Positions 51,041 to 56,936 of a stretch of 56,936 nt of DNA are shown one piece after another (position 1 is the first letter of the stretch; every line of letters starts with the position of its first letter). A program made the position numbers and the translations under genes. Under the pieces are notes generated by a model that saw only the letters and a program-made list of their open reading frames with translations, was not told the origin of the DNA and searched no databases. This DNA is from Catajapyx aquilonaris (Eukaryota): the NCBI GenBank assembly GCA_000934665.2, contig JYFJ02002443.1:1-56936 (forward strand), read 5' to 3'.

Positions 51041-51596
51041 ACACAAAAAATAAAGAGAGAAGATCAATTGGGGACAAATGTAAATGTCGCACGGAGACGG
51101 CGTTTATCATTGGAGAGTTGCTGGTTTTTTGGGATGAGACGGGGGCCATCTGCATTCGGAAGAGAGACCCTGCCGTTATCAAGCTGCCAAGGAATCCCCG
51201 GGATTCATTTGCATATTGAGCGCATGTGTGATTTGGCCTCTTCCAAGCAGCAGAGGAAGAAGAAAACGAGGCTTCGGTCTCCAGCACATTTGCATTATTC
51301 TACCGCGTGCTTCTGTGCAAAAAGAACAACCGCATTTTTTTTTAGCTGAAAATGGCCAATGCTACAGGAGTTTCATGAAGGAAAATAACCCAACATTGCG
51401 TCTGCAATTGTAATCGTATAATATTAAAATCCCATTCATGTTGTATGGTTATGCATTCTGATTGGTCCACCGCATATTGTTACCGCGACGCTTCCGATTG
51501 GCCCCCATCACACAACAATACCAGTAAAGAGCGTTCTTTATGTTGTCACTGTTTTGTTGAGGTCATTTCCATGCAACAGCATTCATGACACTGTAG

Positions 51597-51960
51597 CAGG
51601 GAGCATATCCTACATAAGAGGCGCAAACATTCGATTTCCGCGTCTCTCTGTTTGGGGCGTTGCCAAGGCTGGCGGCCATCTTGAAGTGTGGAGAACGCCA
51701 ACGAGGTATAAATAGGGTACAGGCAAATATAGGGTCACCATCTTTGCTTCGCGCGTGTTCTTGCCGTGTAGTTGCCATGGCCGCCAAAACCATCAAAGAT
51801 GGCGGACCCTATTTTTGCCTGTACCCTATTTATACCTCGTTGGCGTTCCCCATACTTCAAGATGGCCGCCAGCCTTGGCAACGGCCCCAAACAGAGAGAC
51901 GCGAACATCAAAGGCGCCGACAAAAGTTTGCGCCTCTTATGTACTAGTATATGCTCCCTG
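51597..51960. mobile_element. Palindromic MITE, P-element/hAT-like CAGGG ends, 7-bp TSD ACTGTAG
   Basis: CAGGGAGCATAT...ATATGCTCCCTG with inverted arms of roughly 150 bp. ACTGTAG at 51590-51596 and 51961-51967. Confidence 0.9.
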
Positions 51961-54900
51961 ACTGTAGTATAGATGAGGGACGGCGCGGCGGTTAGGTCCT
52001 CCACCACCCCAGACCGCAGGCCTAGAAAAAAGCGTGGGTTTTCTAGTACCGGTTAAAGCAAACAGTGCTAGTGTCGCATGAATCATACTTGAAGTGTTAC
52101 TTGATATTTAAGGCCTCTCCAATGCAGGAGCAGCATAGGCTTGTTACATCACGAAAAAGGGTTGCAAGGGCTGGCCCACCATTCCGGAGACCTGATCCCG
52201 GATTGGTGTTCTTTTTTTTCCCCTCCCGATGCGCAAAAGAAGAGCAAAACTTGCTAAACAATAATAAATCGCAGCCAGGGCGTGTCAGACACTTCTACCC
52301 TATACTTTTCTCTTTTCAGTTTCTTTTTTTTTTATATATCTTATGTGTATATTACACTCCTTCGCTTCCCCCAGAAGTTCCTCTCGCGCTGTAAGGATGA
52401 TGGAATTTAGTTCCATTTTCATCTTGTCTATCCAATTTCCCGGCAACTCTTCCTGACAAGTGCAAACTGAGGACGCGGGAAGCTCTTTCTTAAATTGGGG
52501 GAGAGAGAGGTATATAGGGCGGGGAGGGGGGGGGTTTCCGGCTCTCTGCAACACCTTTTTCCGGTTTCCGGACAGGGACATCAGTCAGTGCTATTTGTTG
52601 TATTATGTGTAGCAATGTACGAACTTACATCATTCCGATCCTGGAACTAATTTGAAGTTGGCGGAAGGATACATTTGTCATGCGGTCCCAAGCGGGCCAT
52701 GATTGGGTCGGATGAAGTTATGAGAACTGGTAGGTTGTATATCATGGGAACTTCGAAATGAGAGAGAGAGACCCCGAGAAAGAGGAATCGTTGTAGCGCC
52801 AGTTGGATGGGATGAAGTGGATGGTAGGGGGGGAGAGAGTTTTTCCTGGGATAAAAAAAAAATGTAGTAGAGAGAAGGGGGGGAGTAGTGCCCCAGGGGG
52901 TTTGACCTGGCAAAAATCATATCTAGCTCCGGAATGGCCACTCGGAAATCGCCCCGGCGCCCGCTGCAACTAAAAAGTTTTTCACGATTTTATGTGCCTC
53001 CAGGCGCTTCCCTTCGGCCGAAGCTCCATTCGGCCTTTGTGGCGCGCGAATGGTCGACGGGGAAATCATTATGAATACGCCTGTCCCCTTATGACACTTA
53101 CAAGATTGGCCAAAAACAATTTTTATGCGATTTCAGGGGGAGGTTGGAGGGAGGGGAGAGAGAGAAAAAAAACGTGTGAGTGTGCATGTATCGAGCATAT
53201 CTGATTTTTATCTAGGGGGGGGGGGGGNAAAAAAAAGACAAAAAAAATAAAAATAAAATAGAAGATGGTCCTGGAGGGGTCTTCAGCTGGTTTTTGCGGA
53301 GTACTGATTGATTGCGGTGTGATGGATTGCTCGAAACTGGGATTGCCCCATCAATCAAACGCATGTTATTTTTGGATATCATTTCGATGACGTGCCGAAA
53401 TTATTGATGACGAGAATTTGTACGTGTGGTGTAATCTGGCACACGCAGATGTTATCCTTGTAATGTATCCTGGTAGCATCGGAGGACATGCTTGTTCTTT
53501 ATTGTATAAAGCAAGTGATAATATTGCAAGATGTTTTGTTAACCAACAAATTAAGTGAAGGCATTAAAAAATATTATTTTGGCTTTGTCCATCCAGATCA
53601 TTCCAGCGTTGAAGTCTCTAGAGACCTGGTTAAGTATAAGTAAATAAGTTATATTCAGTGTCCAAACTATAGACGTGTTGAAAGTAGACAAGTTGCTTCA
53701 ACTGTCCAGACTAGAGAGCCCTTGAGGTCTGGTTTTATGGGGCTCAACTAAGCAATAATTTAGGTTAAATGCTACTTTCTCGTTGCAAGTTTCATGGACA
53801 TGTTCGCTCAAGTATGACTGGGATTAACTTCAATTTGTGCTTAAAATGAGCTCATACAAAATGACAGTCATTGTCACAGTAATTTGATATATGATGTTAA
53901 GCGCATATAGAGATTTTCATGAATATTTCTGGCAATTAAACTGCAGAAATATTGTGCTAAATATGAGGGGCCAAATCCATTTGGAAAAACAGGTAAAATG
54001 AGCAAAAACCGATGATTACTTCACTTTTACTGGTACAATCTTGAAACCTTTTACGTCCATATGTTTCCGCAGTTCAGCTACATATATACAAATGTGCAAT
54101 TAATACCCAATGACATTAAAGTACATGATTGCTTCACGTATTTGTGTTACACAACCAAAAGTGAACTGGCCTTTTTTTAAAAAAAATATCAGATCGGATT
54201 GAAATGCAACAAATTTTTACAGCATTTTTCGCAACCAATGTGAACTTTTACGATTACAACTTGCACGCAGAAGTACAATTCTGACCCTAACCATACCATG
54301 TAATGTAGTTAGTCGGAAAAAGAAGTTTCAAATTACACCCCAAGGTTGAAAAAAAGGGGGCAATGTGGTCGTTTTGTTCTCCCCGAAAATAAGTAGAATC
54401 TTTTTTTTTCCGCCCCATCTCAGCAGGTGAGGAAAAAGTCAGTCCGGCCCATTGAAGAAAATGAGTTTACACAAATCAGTGGCCGATAGAGACTAATTAG
54501 GCTGCTCAAAGGCGTGAAGTTATACTGAAACGGGGAGGAAGAATCCATTTGTTAGGCCAGCAAATTGGGAAGCGAATCAAGACCCCCCCTCGGTAATTAG
54601 GTGTGTAGGCTGTTTAAGATGCAATCTGCCGGCGACTTTCAAATGAGAAGAGGAAGGGGGGGGGGGGCTGGGAAAAGGAAGGGGGGAGGGAGGGATTTCG
54701 CATTATTTTCTGCCGACTTGCACAATAACGAACAGGAAGTAATTTTGAGCGGCGGATGTGACCGGACTGGCAGAGAAAAGTCAGAAAAGAGCCGGGTTTC
54801 TAGCCTATAACACCAGTGAAGAGAGATCTTCTCTCTATATATCTACTATAGTATATATACCCCCCCCCCCTCTATTTCCACCCCTCCAAACACCATCCCC

Positions 54901-56626
54901 TCCTCCTCCGACGCTTTGCCAGCTCATTTACATTCGCCGTATTTTCGCAACGTCTCTCTCGGATGAAGTCCTATTATTGCCTTCTGCCTATGTATATATC
55001 ACCATTTGAAAGGAGGAGCCGAAGTTGGGGCACGGGGAGAATACACTTTCACCGATTGGGCCGTATATCTCCAGGCTAATACATCCCTTGGGGGGCGGCC
55101 CGGAATATGAAGTGTATGAGGAAGACAGCCGGGCCCATTGTCCAAAAGAGAAAGAAAATCGCCAGGAATGCTGATGAAATCTGCGCTCTTTTACATACAA
55201 GTGTCACCCTAAAGTGTCGCGTCGTGGTGCTACTGACTTTGCTGCTGGATGGTGAGGCTTTTGGTACTGGATTTTTTTTTCTCCGGATGGGGTCTCGCGG
55301 CTGTAGTTTTGAAGGAAACAATTTGGAAATGAGAGGTGCGGAGGGCGGCGATTGAGAGAGATGAAGGACGGGTTTGGAAGGGGGTCGTGGGGATTGGCCT
55401 GCATCTCTGGGAAGGATTGAGAGACTCCAGAAGGAGTCAATCAGGGGACAGGGATGGCAGCCAAAATGATGGGACCCGGAGGCTGCTGGGACAGGACTCT
55501 CCTGGCTCCACTAGGAATATACACGGCGGGATTACACAGGATGCAAGGCCCGGTTTTATTGCGATGAGACAAACCTGCTGCAGACAGGGGACAAAAAGGA
55601 AGAGGCAGCTCAGGGCATGCCAAAAGCGGCATTGAAAAAAAAAGTTTACATAATTAATGTCTCAATTGGAGTCAATTGGACAATGTTTCCCGTCCGCGAG
55701 TAATTTCCATTTAATTAGTCCTGAATATTGAGTGCCATAAAGTGTTCCCACATCTTTAAGGACAGTGGCTATGTTCGTATATTCAAAATTATTCGGATAA
55801 GAAACATAGCCTAGCCACATCTGCATTTTGCAAACGAGTACTTTTGTTCGAAGTGCAAATAATCTGTAAATGCTGCATCGTGTAAGGCGGGAGGTCAATG
55901 ATTTTTATACCAAACAATAAATAGACTGCTATAAGTCGAATATTGAAGAGAGTCGTTACTTTAAACACAGCTACACAGCAGAAGGAACATTAAACAGGGG
56001 AAATTTTGTTAAATATTGTAATAAGTAATATTTATTTGTTGGCCTTTAAATCCATGTACACATTTAGTCCAGGCAATGAAGGGGGTGTAGACGGAAATGA
56101 CGGGACGGCAAGAATTGACCTCAGGGATTTGTTTGGACTAGTTAGGAGGTAAACATACTAAAAGTCCCGGGACCTAGGAGGTGAGGCTAAGGGGGGAGGG
56201 GGGGAAGAAGGTACGGTTTTTTGGTTTTTATATTATATCTCGAAATCGGGTAGGTCTAGCCAGAATGTGGTAATGTACAAATTTGAAGCTGGTAAAATTC
56301 CCTATGAGAATGTCTCTATTCACTATTTACGTATCTGTTATAGTTTCAGAGATATACGCTCGTCAAAATCGCGAATTCCCCCAAAAAACATTCTTGCCTC
56401 CCGTTTGTTCACAAACGTTTCCTTTTATCTCGTTTTCCGTTCATTTGAGAAGAACGTTTTCAGAGAAGACGTTGTAGAGCATTAAATTTCCTATAAAATG
56501 AGTATATTATTCCATATTGTAACCTCAGCTGATCGAAAGTTCTGCAATTTGAAAATTTTGTGCAAATTCCGATATACTATGACGCAATCCCTTGTATTGC
56601 AATTTATCGTCATTATATCATCGGAT

Positions 56627-56843
56627 TATATTATGTTATATTATGTTATATTATGTTATATTATATTATGTTATATTATGTTATATTATGTTATATTATA
56701 TTATATTATGTTATATTATTGTAAATTATATTATTGTATATTATATTATATGTTATATTATATTATTGTAAATTATATTGTTATATTATTGTAAATTATA
56801 TTATGTTATATTATTGTATATTATATTACATTGTATTACATTA
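56627..56843. repeat. (TATTA/TATGT)n pentanucleotide microsatellite
   Basis: Tandem repeats visible directly in the sequence. Confidence 0.9.
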
Positions 56844-56845
56844 TA

Positions 56846-56936
56846 CAGGGTGTCTAATCTTTTTTGTCCGAACAGTGATCGGAAAATTCCGCGTAGCTGC
56901 TACCTTTTAAGCAGTGACTTGCAACCGGTGATTTGT
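56846..56936 (+). mobile_element. Possible left end of a Tc1/mariner-type element, truncated by the window edge
   Basis: TA|CAGGGTGTC terminus. Partner TIR not in the window. Confidence 0.35.

Noticed and set aside
50673..51349. Poly-Ser (-) and poly-Lys (+) ORFs of 204 and 168 aa
   Set aside because: Caused by (AAG)n microsatellites. No domain and no ATG or splice support.
53215..53250. G-run / N / A-run junction
   Set aside because: Contains an ambiguous base in homopolymers. Likely a sequencing or assembly uncertainty.
54988..55635. Cluster of short GC-richer ORFs
   Set aside because: No recognisable domain and no consistent splice-site or phase pattern.
56498..56794. 98-aa Tyr/Ile/Leu ORF
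   Set aside because: Translation of a pentanucleotide microsatellite.

Overview
Eukaryotic nuclear DNA from a gene-dense animal genome with mostly short introns. It is probably an arthropod, inferred from (CCTAA)n/TTAGG tracts inside repeats. Spliced gene models read from the sequence, left to right: the 5' end of an unidentified minus-strand gene, a tightly packed SRRD-FMC1-POMK cluster (+), ACADSB (-), RPL26 (+), CUL1 (+), RNASEH2A (+), CFAP43 (-), Munc13-4/BAIAP3-like copy A (+), FRA10AC1 (-), Munc13-4/BAIAP3-like copy B (+) and DPCD (+). The last ~10 kb is non-coding, with nested non-autonomous transposons and simple repeats. Most notable: (1) an intact tandem Munc13-4 paralog whose C2 Ca2+-ligand aspartates are substituted, duplicated from only one of four alternative first exons; (2) a candidate polycistronic or shared-exon SRRD/FMC1/POMK unit with a stop-restart overlap; (3) a long SNORD17-like C/D RNA candidate in an RPL26 intron; (4) CA-microsatellite-inserted elements carrying telomeric repeats; (5) a 29-bp P-element-type excision footprint; (6) a U12 intron in CUL1. 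All homology calls come from recalled family sequences. No searches were run.
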